A DNA stretch of 64,000 nucleotides from Balanoglossus misakiensis (Eukaryota; Animalia; Hemichordata): NCBI GenBank assembly GCA_040954595.2, contig CM082577.2, positions 4,948,301-5,012,300 on the forward strand, given 5' to 3'. Of this stretch, positions 1 to 12,868 are shown in pieces; the stretch's first letter is position 1; every line of letters begins with the position of its first letter. Made by a program: the position numbers and the translations under genes. The notes under the pieces were generated by a model, which saw nothing but the letters and a program-made list of their open reading frames with translations, had not been told where the DNA came from and searched no databases.

Positions 1-1195
1 ATAAAAAATAAGGACCATAACAACTTGTATATAGTAACCACAATTTAAGATTTATTTTTTGTTTTTGCATCATCCATGAGTTTTTTTTTAAAAAGGTCAC
101 TGATCTCAAGTTTACAATTACAACTACTTTAATTAAGGGAGCCTTCTGTACCTTTAAAAAGAATGGCTTGTTCGATCATGATTTACAATTTATTACAAAG
201 TTAATCATTGCAAAGCATAACTCATTGTACAATAATTAATGTGCATGATATTTTACATACTTCATGCACAAGTATAATACAGTTTTATTACTTTCTGCAA
301 AAATGCTTTTTACATGTAAAATTACTTCCAATATTCTCATTTTTTATGCCAACCATAATGATGATGTATAATAAACAAATTTGCATGATGTACATACATA
401 TTTACACACCCAACCTTACTTTTGCTACCATAAAACTGGGCTGTTTTCACATTGAGAAGAAGCAGAGACATGATTCGATAGAGTTCATACCAAGAGTTTA
501 ATTTTTTAAACCACACTTTCTCTTTGGTTGTGACCTATCGGTTGGCCTGGCATGCACCCAAAGCACGGCGAGAAACCAAGATGGCGAATAACAGACCCGA
601 ACCTCCCCTTCAGCGCTGCCACAGCAGGAAGTTTTTACGAGGACTCCGCCCTACTTTTGACACATATTTGAGAGCTTTTGAAAATACAACAAATGATTGT
701 TTAAATTACGTCTAGCTGTAGCGCTAGGCTGAATGCCGTTTGCATGCTATCACCGTTTTCAAGATAAGCTGGTTTTGGACATTATTGGAGCGCTTTGTAA
801 TCGATGGGCTGAACCCGAATGCCCGCCCGGCGTCGCGTCCTGACCGCCGCCGGGGATGACTCACTCCGACCCGGGACGCAATCGAGAACCCGCCCATCGC
901 ACCGCGAGTGGCGAAAACAACTTGAAAATCGACAGGTGCATGGTCATTATCAATCCTTAACACCAACTACAGTAATTAATACAAATGTCAAAGAGTTCAA
1001 AAACTGCGGGACGGTGGTAAACTGTCGGTGTTTTATGTCAAACTGCTTCCCAACACCAGAACAGTAGCGCGTATATACAGCGGCACTACCTGTTACGTTC
1101 AGTCCTCACACGGCCTTTGCCGCAACCTTATAATCAACAGCCGCTTTGCAGCGCAAGAATATTCACAATATCGCAACGGGTAACTTAACACTTAC

Positions 1196-1375
1196 CTTAA
1201 ACAAAAGAATATAATTACTGGCTGAAATTCCGCGATAGACAGGTGGTTATTCCGTATGAAAAGGCAACACAAAGTTGGAAGTTTGCGGATGTGTGGGACT
1301 GGCAGCCAAGCCGTGGTAATTATCACTATCAGTTAGTACGTCTTTTGGTCGAATGCATTTTCTGGGCGGGGGCCG
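1196..1375 (-). promoter_or_regulatory. Putative promoter and non-coding first exon of a minus-strand gene continuing off the left edge
   Basis: Strong minus-strand donor AAG|GTAAGT (exon end 1196); no minus-strand ATG in 1196-1330; GC box GGGCGGGG near 1364; CpG-rich zone ~540-1620; YY1-like AAGATGGCG near 578. The 5' limit is a guess. Confidence 0.45.
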
Positions 1376-3814
1376 CAGATTGTTTTGAGGGGTATCGCAG
1401 CTGGATGTTTTCGCCGTAACCTTTAACGCCTATCAATAATTCTTCTACAAAAGTCAACTCTGAAACGGATTTTTGTTAGCACTAACCTCTGTCGACACCA
1501 AGAGTTTATCTACAGTTTAAATTCCGTACTCGCGGTGCGACGGAATACCGTTTAAATTTAGTTAGTGACCGTGACCTCAGGTCACAGCTCTTGTCCTGAG
1601 TAGGGTGTGGGGCGCTTCTTTATTGTTCAGTCACCTGTGGTATTTCTGTTTGAAGGGTGGAGCATTCTCACAGAATCACTCAACTAAGAACAGAGATGCA
1701 CGGATGCTTCCACATAAAATCACGCCAAAACAAACAGGAATTTCTAAAATTGTTTATAGACAGCTAATTTACCAAAACTGCAACCAACAGTTAACTGACA
1801 ATTTATTAATTTCTGAAGACAATACCATACAGCCTTACAGGACTGAATTTTTTGAGAAAAATCATTCCAAGTGATGTACAAAATCTCGTAGCCGCCTTTT
1901 TGCACACTATGCTAAACCAGTCGCTTGATTTCATTATAGATTACTTTCTAATACTAGTTTTTATCTGCTCTTTTCCCTTACAAGTAAACCACTTTGTCTT
2001 ATATGTCCAACTTAGACCACACCCAATCCATTAAACCACACGCACTTTTACCTCACCACATAAAAAAACTTATGAGCTTTTACTAGTAACACTAAAGTGC
2101 TGAATTTTCCAAACAAAGTCACATCTGATGCAAAGGATGACAAGAAATTATCAATTATGACGACTGAAATAGATAAGAAGTTCAACTTGACATTGGATGG
2201 GGGGAGGCACTTTTACCAGGAATTTATCCCTTTACATATAAAAGGCAAAAAAAATCTTAAGGATTGAAAATGAAATACTAATGGGGTTGGTATTTGTGAA
2301 GCAAGTGAAAGGTATGCGTTTATTGACTGAATACAGGGTGCAGTGGCAAAGAAAGTTAGGCTCACATAAAATCTAACAAGACAATTGTCATCCATTGGGC
2401 CATACTACGCCCATTGAGATAGCATTGTCCTCAATGCCATTTTTTCACATTTTACTCTGCCAGCAAGAATAGTACAGTTGAGACTGGATTCTTTTCAAAA
2501 CCAGACAATACTTCGCACTCATGCACAGGCCGTCGAGTTCACTATCGCAATTCGAATTTTCCAAAATTCTGTTAGGTTTACTCTCATTACGTATATACCG
2601 GTAATATGCAAAAAAAAATGTTGCTTTTGGAACCACTTACCTCAAATTCACTGTATGACATTCAACATGGGCTCTGAATAGTAAGTTTGTTTGGCAAAAT
2701 CCGAGATTCTGGGCACACTTCTGTTTTGTTTCTCATCATTAGTAGTAGAGACCAGTTGAGGTGAATTCTAACAACACTAACCAAACATCACGCAATCATC
2801 ACATCTTTTCTTTTTAACACTAACACAACTCCACCCAACAACAAAACACATAAGAAAAATCACGTCACACACTGGGCCAGTTTCCGTTTTTAGTTCAACA
2901 GAGCTTTCGGATAGGTTGATTATCCATTGGCATGGCAACCGACCTCTGCCATCTGTGAACACTTTTCTTCTCTGAAACCACTGATCCATTTGCTTTAAAA
3001 AATGATATGATTGCATTTGCATATTCGTATTTTGGGGGGTATTTTGCCATACCTGGTAAAAAAATCTTCTCTGAAATCACTTGTCCAATTACTTTGAAAT
3101 TTGGCCAACAAATAATTTCATTATCTTAAATTTACTAATTCTTTAAATGCAAGAGCCACCTTATCTCTCTGAAGAGAGTTGAATTCCGAGTACCTTGAAA
3201 ACCACAACTGATTTAATATGAATTGGGAGCTATTCTAAGCTCCACAGTCCCAGGTTTTCAGACATAACATCAAAACATAAAACGAATGACATCATCCTCC
3301 ACAGGCATACAAACAAAATAGGAACAATTAGTTGTAAAGTTTTTTTTATTTTCATCAATATCAAAACAGCCAACAGACATTCTTCAATTGAAAAGTCTTC
3401 CTCGTTTATTCATCTCCTAAAATGTACAAGGGTCATGAAGCTTTTGTATGATTGCTTTTTTTACGTGGATCGAGACAACGGCTCACTGACCAAATCTAAT
3501 CGTCAATGCAAAGAATCCAGTCCGAATGCAGCCACCATTTCTGTATTGACGTACTATTCCTGGTGTATTCTGTTGCTAGCTGCAAAGGCTGCCTGGTTAG
3601 AGTGTTGATAACTGTCCGAGCATTGTAGTTCTCACAGAAATTCAAAATTAAACCATTTCAAAAGTTATGAAAATTTAGCATGCTGGACAGAGTGCCATAA
3701 TGATTTTAAAACGCAGCAAATTTACGGACAGATTTTTGCAAACTCCAAATGCAATGATTGGGAATCTAATGTAGGATGAAACAGATTGTGTCGTTACTAC
3801 TATTTTGAGATTGT

Positions 3815-6800
3815 CTATTTCTTTATAACTTGGATGACATCTTCATGGTGCATGACGTGGTGGAGACCGACTCTTTGTGGGCTGTATTTGACACTGGTAC
3901 CCTGAAAAGAAAACAATTTTAACACATAAATAATTTGGCTCTCTCAGTTTTCAATTGACTAAACAGATACCTGGCTCTTTAAAGCAACTCCTAACAGATT
4001 CTTGTTTTTAATTTCTGTAATGTATTAATTTATCAGGGTCGTAAAGATTTTTTTTCTCATGGTCGGTCACTTTGCCTTTTATTCCGCACACGAATTTCCA
4101 GAAACGTGTTCAACATTTCAACAGAGAAAATAGTGAATACCTACCCATACTAAAGCATATTTGAAGACATCAACAATAGTTCTGTGAATTGAATGGCACT
4201 AAAACAAACGCAAACATAAACATAAGTATTAGTCCACAATAAACCTTATATATATATTGGATTCTTTTCTGTGCAAGGACTTATCGCTGAACAAGCCAAA
4301 TAATGTGAATGTATGGTTTAGAAAGAGCAATTGTTGATGCACACCTCACAGAACAAAAATTCTAACAAAATTTGAAAACCACAGGTACTAGTACTTACAA
4401 CATGTTCCACAGTACAATTTCTCCTGAGAATAAGACCAGTCTCTAAGTCTGGGTGTTCTGTACATCCAAGATGGAGGGCATGAAAAAAAAGAGAGAGAAA
4501 ATCAATCTTCCTGAATCATTCAAAACATAGAAATATAGAACTACTGTAGTAATTATTTCCTGTCAAACAGGCAAATATCAAAGGTCAGGTGTAGTTAAAA
4601 GGTGAGATACATAATCAAATTTATTTTCTGCTGTTTTGATACAAGATTTTGAACGCAATTCACCACAGCTAAAAATGGAACACATTTTACTTATTTTTGA
4701 AAGGATTATGGCCCATGAATTTTGACTTGTTAAGCTATACAGCAGACTATGACAGGAAATCACGACCAGAAAATATAAGTTGGGCAGGTTATCATCTGCA
4801 GAATGATTTTTATGTGCTTGTTGACATGAGTTAATAAAACTCCTCTTGACAATTTTGAAGTAATCAGAAATCCTTCAAGTGACCTCACTGGTCCTTTGCC
4901 AGTTCTTAAAAGAGGCTACTCCCATAAACTTTGGAATTCCACAGATGCATGGTTATTAAATATGGTCTCTGGTGTATAGCGCCCTCTGTTGCCCAATGTG
5001 AACTCATGGGGTTACAATCATTATTAACAAATATTTTACATCTAATACAAGAACAGCTGACAGCAATAAGACCTAGTTTCACATAATATGATATAATTAA
5101 TAATTTAATATGTCAATCTTACCTCCTCTTTTCTTTGTGTAAACTCGGATGAGAGCTAAATATTCCCATATCATTTCAATCAGAAAATCTAAATTGAGTT
5201 TCATTTCACAACTGATGACCACACAGTGTGGTTGATGTGCAATTCTATCCACTTCTTCTATTGAAATCTGGTCAATTTTGTTATAAACCTGAAAACAATA
5301 AACACATAAATACAATGATCAAAAAACATCATGCAAATGAGCTTTAAGTTTAACCCCATTTTCACGTTTGGCACGTTTCACATCCAAAATTCAATATAGG
5401 GGAAGGACGATGGGATTTGAGGCCAAACGCAATTAGTTGCATTTGTCGTGCATTTTTTTTAATTATTCACAGCCGTTCGTTAAAAGTACAAGCTGCTATT
5501 TGTAAGATCCAACATCATTCGACTTCTAATTGCTGCATTCAGTTCAATTCAAGTGACAAATTAATTTCCTTTCATACTCAGAATGTAAACCTTTAACTCC
5601 ACTGTAAACCATTGTTATGATTTCATTAACCATATACTAAGACTTCAAGTCTATATTATGCTGAGAAATACGTTTTTGTCAAAATTTAATTTGCAAAAGG
5701 TGAGAAATTTTGGAGTATTCATGTGGACAACGTTGTGTACCACATGTATTTTTAGGGATACGTCAAGAGATTTTCCTCTTTGAAATTATCATCTTCTTCA
5801 TAGATCACATTTACTTATTTTCACACTATATACAATAAATATGATAAATACTCACATATAGACAAGGCAAATACACTCTACTTCCAACGACGACGTCAAT
5901 AAATTCATCTGGTGTGCAGTCTTCCCGAAATAAAACCTCTGCATTAAAAATTTCTACAAATGGTTGAGGAATCTTTTTTCTAAAATATTTCGGAAGGAAG
6001 GTCATCAAAGGTCATGGCAAGTAAAAAATAGTTCAATGGATAGGATGTATGTCAAAGGTCAAGTCATATATTAGAAAAGGATACTATATTCATGCAGTAT
6101 GAGCTGCACCAACTTCTCGTTACACTTTCTCAGAGGACAGGTTGAATTGAATGAAATTCCACCTCCCTTTTTTTGCTGGAAAGAAATCATATATTGTGCA
6201 TTAATTCATTGTCATTGATAACCATCACTAAAATAACCAAACAGGTGATATGAAGTCAAGCCCCTACCTTGAAATAAATATTTGGCCTCGGTTTGTTAAG
6301 CCTCAAGCCAACAGACTCCAATTCTTTTTCCAATAATCCTCTGAAAAATACATTCACAATGTATTAGAGTCATCTAGCAGTATACATGTTACTATTCAAA
6401 CAACAATAATGGTAGCATTACTTCACTGGCCAATGATTTTAATGGGAGCTGACCTAAACAGCCTCGGAATTCAAGAGCAGTTTTACCTCCCATACTTAAA
6501 GTTCAGTTTTTGCCGGAATATCGCATAAAAAGCTCAACACTCACTTCTGAACATCACCTTTGGTGGCATCCAACATGATGATGACAAGATCAGCTGTTCT
6601 GGCAACAGCTATGACTTGGCGCCCTCTACCTTTGCCTGTAAGAAATCAAAATTGTTACATATGGTCTCTGCCATCATGGAGGACATCAGCTGCAACTTTA
6701 TCTGGCATCTCAAATCTTTCAGAAAGCAATATTTTGGGCTATATTATTGACTAACAATCCCAAATGCCCATGGATTCAACAGGATTAGAAGATTTTCACA

Positions 6801-8437
6801 TTTCTTCAGCATTTGTGTGCTAAATTACATCTGTACCATGAATGTTTCTGGACCACATACCAAGCCAGGGCTGGGAGAAGTGATTCTATCACCTTGGAGA
6901 ATTTGTACTAACCTTGGGAAGCACCTTCAATAATCCCAGGTAGATCGAGCAGCTGAATATTGGCACCATGGTACTTGACAATACAAAAACAATTGAAATG
7001 ATATAATATTATTGATGTTACAACTCTCTAGATATATACTTATGTAGCCGTGTACTGTTAAAATTATATGCACAACTGAGTGATTTAATCAACATGCTTT
7101 TATGAAACTTTACTGTTTTACACACTAAACGAAAGTATTGTAAAAATGTGAATCATGAAAATCGATATGAGCATATCTGGCAATAATTACCTCAACAACA
7201 CCCGGTATACACGTTAATGTTGTGAATTCATAGGAAGCAGATTCACTGTGGGTCCTTGTAACTGTGTTCAGTAAAGTTGACTGAAAAACACAAAAAGAGG
7301 AAATAACGGAATGTACCTCAGAACAGGTAATCAGGAAATAGTGAGATATGTATTAACGGTAACCATTGCAAAAATTCACTCCAAAGTTGATACTTGAAAT
7401 ATAAGGGTTTTACATAATAAACTACATTGGGTCAAACAGCATCCTCCACTCCTGCTTTTCTCAGACTCTGCACGAGACAAATAGAACTGGATTATCAGCG
7501 TACAGCTCAGCTCTTTCCAACCAACGTTCCCTTACCTTGCCTACAGATGGAAACCCGATGAGCGCTACCCTGGCATCTCCTGATTTCATGACATCAAAGC
7601 CTTCACCCTGGATATAACAAAGCGACCTCAATATCAGGAGTTGTCAATCACCGACACATGAAGAAAAGCAATTCTTTATTTTTGTGAGATGAAACATGAC
7701 TCTTTACACTAGTGTCATAACCTACTACATTACTGGTAGTAGACAAGGTAATGCAAGAACAGCCAAAAATGGACGGAATCCTGACATCGAGAAAATAATT
7801 TGTACCTCTTGTAGTCGCTGTTTTTATTTTATGTGTATGTATGCTTCTCACTGAAATATCTTTGAATGTCGGCCACTAGACTCGGGGAACACTTCTATTA
7901 CTTCATGTGTGAAGGTTAGGAATACGAGTCATGTGCTTACCTTTGCTCCACCCTTACCAGTTGGTTCCAGGAGCTGCTGTCTATATCTAGCAAGCTTTGC
8001 CTTGAGCAAGCCAAGATGATACTCGGTTGCTGTAGGAAAAAGAAAATTTGGGGATATCAATATAATATGCCAAATCAAGGGTGGGCAAAAATCAACCAGC
8101 CATTGTAAGTTATAACATAAATTTTTAATGGCAGGAAATGTAATTCATATTCTGTCACAAATGAATTGTGACATGGAAGGAACTTTGGGGCTTACATTTT
8201 TCAGAAAGGTGTTATTATGGGCCTATAATGGATCTTTCCTGTATCTGTTTGTGTTAATTGTGTTGATGAATAAAATATTAAGTTCATGAACAAATCTCAT
8301 GTTGCAGTCAATGAAGAAACTTCACACATGTGATGTACGTACACAACAACACCACAAACACACGTGTTCATACCTTTATTTTTCTGGGTTCTAGCTATCT
8401 CCTTTTCGACTTCGGAGATCTTCTCTAGGATCCCCAT
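3815..8437 (-). CDS. DRG2: Developmentally regulated GTP-binding protein 2 (OBG-family GTPase with TGS domain), 364 aa, 13 coding exons
   Basis: Exons assembled by hand: 8374-8437, 7941-8029, 7536-7607, 7191-7280, 6913-6973, 6545-6635, 6268-6340, 6085-6175, 5856-5953, 5123-5288, 4399-4457, 4145-4198, 3815-3901 (1095 nt, all GT-AG, phases consistent). Translation [35 protein letters not shown]...GFPSVGKST...[11 protein letters not shown]...[11 protein letters not shown]...VYNKIDQI...EDVIQVIKK* matches DRG2. Minus-strand AATAAA near 3345-3350. Confidence 0.97.
5954..6084 (-). other. U12-type (minor spliceosome) GT-AG intron, DRG2 intron 8, 131 nt
   Basis: 5' splice site |GTATCCTTTT; branch point TTCCTCAAC followed by CATTTGTAG| with no polypyrimidine tract; splicing restores HEYK-IFNAEV. 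Confidence 0.93.
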
Positions 8438-8747
8438 CTTGACGATATTTTCACGAAGATATTCCGGGAATTACTTAAAAGATACAGGAACTTATATCTC
8501 GCAGGTCTAATACCTCAGCTCCAAATCACCATATTGCGGAAAACTGAAAGCGAGGCTATGGCAAAAATACATCAAAATACATAAATACAATTCTTCGATT
8601 ATTCTAAAACTGGTGACATGAATTTTATTTTTGTATACATAGAAACAAGCTATTTTATCGTTATTTCATTACCAAATTGATTTGTTTTCTGTTGCGTGCA
8701 CGCTTGCTTTTTGTAGAGAAGTGTGTCACCGAACAGTCGAACCAAAC
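8438..8747. promoter_or_regulatory. Bidirectional promoter region shared by DRG2 and COX11
   Basis: The divergent ATGs (8437 minus, 8748 plus) are 310 bp apart. Start contexts CAAGATGG and AAACATGGCGGC resemble YY1/TISU elements. Confidence 0.75.
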
Positions 8748-10813
8748 ATGGCGGCTTACATGAGAGTCCGAGTGAGTCGATGTTACTATACTCCTTTGCG
8801 ATTTTTGAGTAATTTCGAACATTATTTTGATTGATTGTTCTCTGATTTAGCGAATATTGGGTCTCTTTCATATACACCGCGTCCATCTTCACAACACGTT
8901 ACGTGTTTAACTCACTTTTTATCCGTGAAGTTAAATTGCATGATTGTTGGAGGTGCCGGTGTTTTATAACACTAACCTTAGATGAACTTTGACACCAAAT
9001 CTGGGACAAGGCATGACTTTTCCATTCATGATCCTTGCGTCGGTATCATAGTAAAAGGACGAACACACATACAAACACACACACTCTTATATCGTAAACA
9101 CACACACACACATGAAAAGAAAAAGTTAATGTTTTAGTGTGTTTTCTTCAACTTTGTCACTGCCAGGTGTGACAATTATGAAACTCAGAGATCAGCTTAG
9201 CGTGGAGGAGGTTTTTTTTTTTAAATCAGCACATTGAAGATTGTCCATTTGTTTACTACAGAATGTCCGTGTTCCATATTCTTTATTGGCAAACTATGGT
9301 ATCTGCTGCCGGGCCACAAGCAACACCCAGAGAATACAGACTGGTCAGACATGGATGTTACACAGGCACTTCATGAGAGGAAGCGTCAACAGTGTGTCCA
9401 GGACAAACCAGTTTTGTAGCAACACAGTAGCTGGAAATATTCACAGGACTTATCCGTTCACACGACACCAATATCCAATGTTAAACATAGTGAACATTGT
9501 ACAATCATTTGCCGGGATTAATTCTGTCCACACACTGTGCAAGAGTGGAGAGTCTTTCAAATACAGTACTCTGTATTGCCAAATACTCGCAAGATGCAGA
9601 CATTCACACCCAAGACACTCAGCACGTTCTTTTCAACAAAATAACAAGACTGTGATGATCTATATTGCATCTATAGCCATTTTAATCTGTGGACTTTCCT
9701 ACGCAGCAGTACCGTTATATAGTATGTTTTGTCAGGTAAGTCAGTATTTATCAGTCAGTGTTTATAAGAATTGGGGGAGGGAGCGGGTAAGACCATGTCA
9801 GGAATTGTTTGCGATTACAGTGTTTTGTGATGGTATGAACAAATATCGTGTGCTCTATCGTAATTTGATTTTGAGCTCAAGTGAAGATAAACCTGTAGAG
9901 AAGTACCGCCGGTATAATCAACAAAAATCTATGTAACCTTTGTATGAACATTGCAGGTGACGGGATTAGGGGGTCAGGCTACTCTTGGACATGACATTGA
10001 CAAAGTGGAAACAATGGCAAAAGTGGCCGACCGAATCATCACAGTCAAGTTCAATGCCGATACTGCGTCCAGTATGAGGTGGAATTTCAAACCGCAAATG
10101 ACTGAGGTCAAAGTAAGTGTGCAAAATAGGATTTGGGGTGCCATATAAATACAGTGTACCCTTAACAAAGTCCTGGCTGCTGATTGCAATAAACCTGTCT
10201 ATTACTGTACATACAGCCATAGTCTGGCTCTCAGTTGCTGAGACCCAAAATGGCGCTACCAGAACCTCGTCATATTTTTAACTTTTTACTTTGTATGTTT
10301 ATTTATTAGGTTGCCCCTGGTGAAACAGCACTGGCATTTTACAAAGCCAAGAACCCCACGGATAAGCCAATAATTGGAATTGCAACCTACAACGTCATCC
10401 CATTTGAAGCTGGACAATATTTCAATAAAATACAGTGTTTTTGTTTTGAAGAACAAATTCTCAACCCGCATGAAGAGGTGTGTTCATGTTCCATTTATGA
10501 CACCATATGTTTGACAGTTCACATTGTGTGTAGTTGGATTAGGTCCAACCCGTGACCCCCACTGCCAGAGTACTGTCAATCTTACATTTTAAAAACAGTC
10601 AAGAAAGACCTTTTCTTATTCTTCCACACAACTGACCAAGAACTCTATTTCTATTCACAGGTCGACATGCCAGTGTTTTTCTACATTGATCCAGACTTTG
10701 CGGAGGATCCCAAGATGGAGAACTTGGATTCAATGACCTTATCCTACACTTTCTTTGAAGCCAAAGAGGGTTTAGAACTGCCTCAACCATTTACCAGTCA
10801 GCATATACGCTGA
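8748..10813 (+). CDS. COX11: Cytochrome c oxidase copper chaperone COX11, ~324 aa, 5 exons
   Basis: Exons 8748-8771, 9262-9735, 9957-10112, 10310-10477, 10661-10813, all GT-AG phase 0. Contains TM segment ...LSYAAVPLYSMFCQ, FNADT..WNFKPQ, PGETALAFY, the copper-binding YFNKIQCFCFEEQ and VDMPVFFYIDPDF. AATAAA at 11103. Exon 1 and the exon 2 start are less certain. Confidence 0.93.
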
Positions 10814-11423
10814 TATATGTGATTCTATTATTTTACCAGACATTGTGCTGTTGTAAGAAGTAATCTCACGTCTGGGTTATTCCAGGCAAAGTCTCCAGAA
10901 AGGCAACAAATTGGCTGGGTAGTTTGCCGCCTGGATTGAAATCATGCAGCTTTTAATAGTATGCTCTTACGTCACACATTTATTTAACCTATATGTGAAT
11001 CCTGAGATAGCAAAATATTAGTTTGGTACTGAGGCTGAAGTCAGGATGTGGCCTCTACTATGAAATGATATTTGATAATGACAAATGCTTTGTAAATATG
11101 TGAATAAAGATTTCAAAAATAACATCACCGTCCACATGGATTTATTACTCTTTGGTATTTTTTGTAACAGAAACTCAAACTGTCAAATCAGCCTAAAAAA
11201 ATTAGACTTATCTAATGTAGTTCCTGCACATAAACATTTGTAAGTCACCCTTGGGGAAAGAACATTACATAATGATACAGTACCCTGTGTCTTCTAGAAA
11301 AGTGTGAATGAAAATATGTCGCAACCCAATAAAATTAACAAAAAAAAAGACGATTTGTAAAAAACTATCCATGACATTCATGAAATAAGGGTCTGTGACC
11401 CGTTACTTGGAATTTTTGATGAT

Positions 11424-11439
11424 AAAAAAAAATTAAAAA
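11424..11439 (-). terminator. RNA polymerase III oligo-T terminator of 7SL
   Basis: T5 immediately after the RNA 3' end on the minus strand, followed by a second T9 run. Confidence 0.85.
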
Positions 11440-11735
11440 GGGATTGAGTCCGACTATATCGGACGGGCTGCTAGCCGCTGCCTATTCACGGGCGCGATCC
11501 CACTACTGCTCCACACGGGGACTTTTGTCTGCTGCGTTTCCGCCCTGGACCGGTACGTCCCTCATTATACGACCTGGTCGTCCTGGCCTCCGCCGGGCCG
11601 ACCATATCGATGCCGAGCTTAGCGCGGACGCCTGATCTACATAGAACAACGACTAACAGGAACCCCGTCCTCAAGCCATTCAACAACCCCGGCCTCCAAG
11701 TAGCTGGATTACAGGCGCACGCCACAACGCCCAGC
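11436..11735 (-). ncRNA. RN7SL: 7SL RNA (metazoan signal recognition particle RNA), ~300 nt
   Basis: Reverse complement starts GCTGGGCGTTGTGGCGTGCGCCTGTAATCCAGCTACTTGGAGGC (Alu domain). It has the helix 6 GGAG loop, helix 8 CCAGGGCGGAAACGCAGCAG, and GCAGTAGTGGGATCGCGCCCGTGAATAG, and ends in a T run. Confidence 0.97.
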
Positions 11736-12868
11736 CGACAGATGCTGTGAAAAATAACGTATTTGTAGATGGGAGCTGAACAATGGCGGCTCATTAGAAG
11801 GACGCCCTCTTGTGTCAATACTTTTTTTCCTGCGCCTATATTAGTACGTTCATTGACTGTCAGGCGGAGTCTCAACTTTTCCCCAATGTAAATCCAATGT
11901 AAATCACAGTTGCTATAGCAAAAGCGACGGCAGAGACCACTTTTCCAGATAAGAGACAAAAAACATGATTAGGAGTAGATATTTGCAAATTTTGATACTC
12001 ATGACCATGGCATGACTGCATCTGAAAGTGAGGGTCTATAAAAATAAAATTATTGAGTCTTAAAATTCTGTGTTAATTAAATCTTGCATATGAATTAAAT
12101 AATAAGTACTTGGTCATCATATTGTCACCCCATAAATACACTAATATATACATGTCGATGGTGTACATATATGATGTCAAATGATCAACATCACTGCAGT
12201 GCAGTGGCAGTACAGTACAGTGCGCCCTCTGTCTTCACCAATACGTTTTCTTTTTTTTCTGACTCCTGCAGTGAAATATGGCCAAATAAAAAAAATTATC
12301 GCAATGGGTTTTGAAAAGTCACTTCCAGAGTTAGATGGGAAATTCATATCGAAATCTGGAAATATACAACCATAATACTGGGATTACTGTCTGTTTGACT
12401 TGGCTAATGCTGAATTTTAATAACAGGTCATATATCAAGGGATAACATGCTTTTAACATTGTATAGAGGGTATTGGTGTTTGATTGGAATATTTGTATTG
12501 GCAAGGGGAACAACAGATAGACACAGCTACTTCCCATTTTTATGTCCTTTATTTGACAAAAAAAAAAACAATCTATCACTGATGTTGCAATTACTGAGCA
12601 AGTCAAGTTATTCCAGGGAATACCGGTACTAAATTGAAAATGTGCCTTGCACTTTACTCTGACTGAAAGATCTGTTGGTCAAGGTACTCAAGACATTGAT
12701 GAAGGTATTGAATTCACACAAAGCCAAAACAAAATATTAGCTAAAACACAGAGTGAACAATCAAAGCAAATTTACAGTCATGTAGTCATTGGTTTGAAAA
12801 TTTCTATCTCGAGTTTTTTTTTAAGTTGATGCCATTATCAAATTCTCATGTCCTCAACACATGGAGCT

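Noticed and set aside
2641-2673. 33-nt minus-strand segment flanked by AG and GTAAGT
   Set aside because: Weak polypyrimidine tract and no recognisable peptide; a UTR exon cannot be distinguished from chance.
7953-7960. Internal G|GTAAGG donor-like site in DRG2 exon 2
   Set aside because: Use would shift the frame; the downstream donor at 7941 gives the conserved protein.
11486-11959. 157-aa minus-strand ORF and 63-aa plus-strand ORF
   Set aside because: They overlap the 7SL RNA gene; the Alu-like peptide is a translation artefact.
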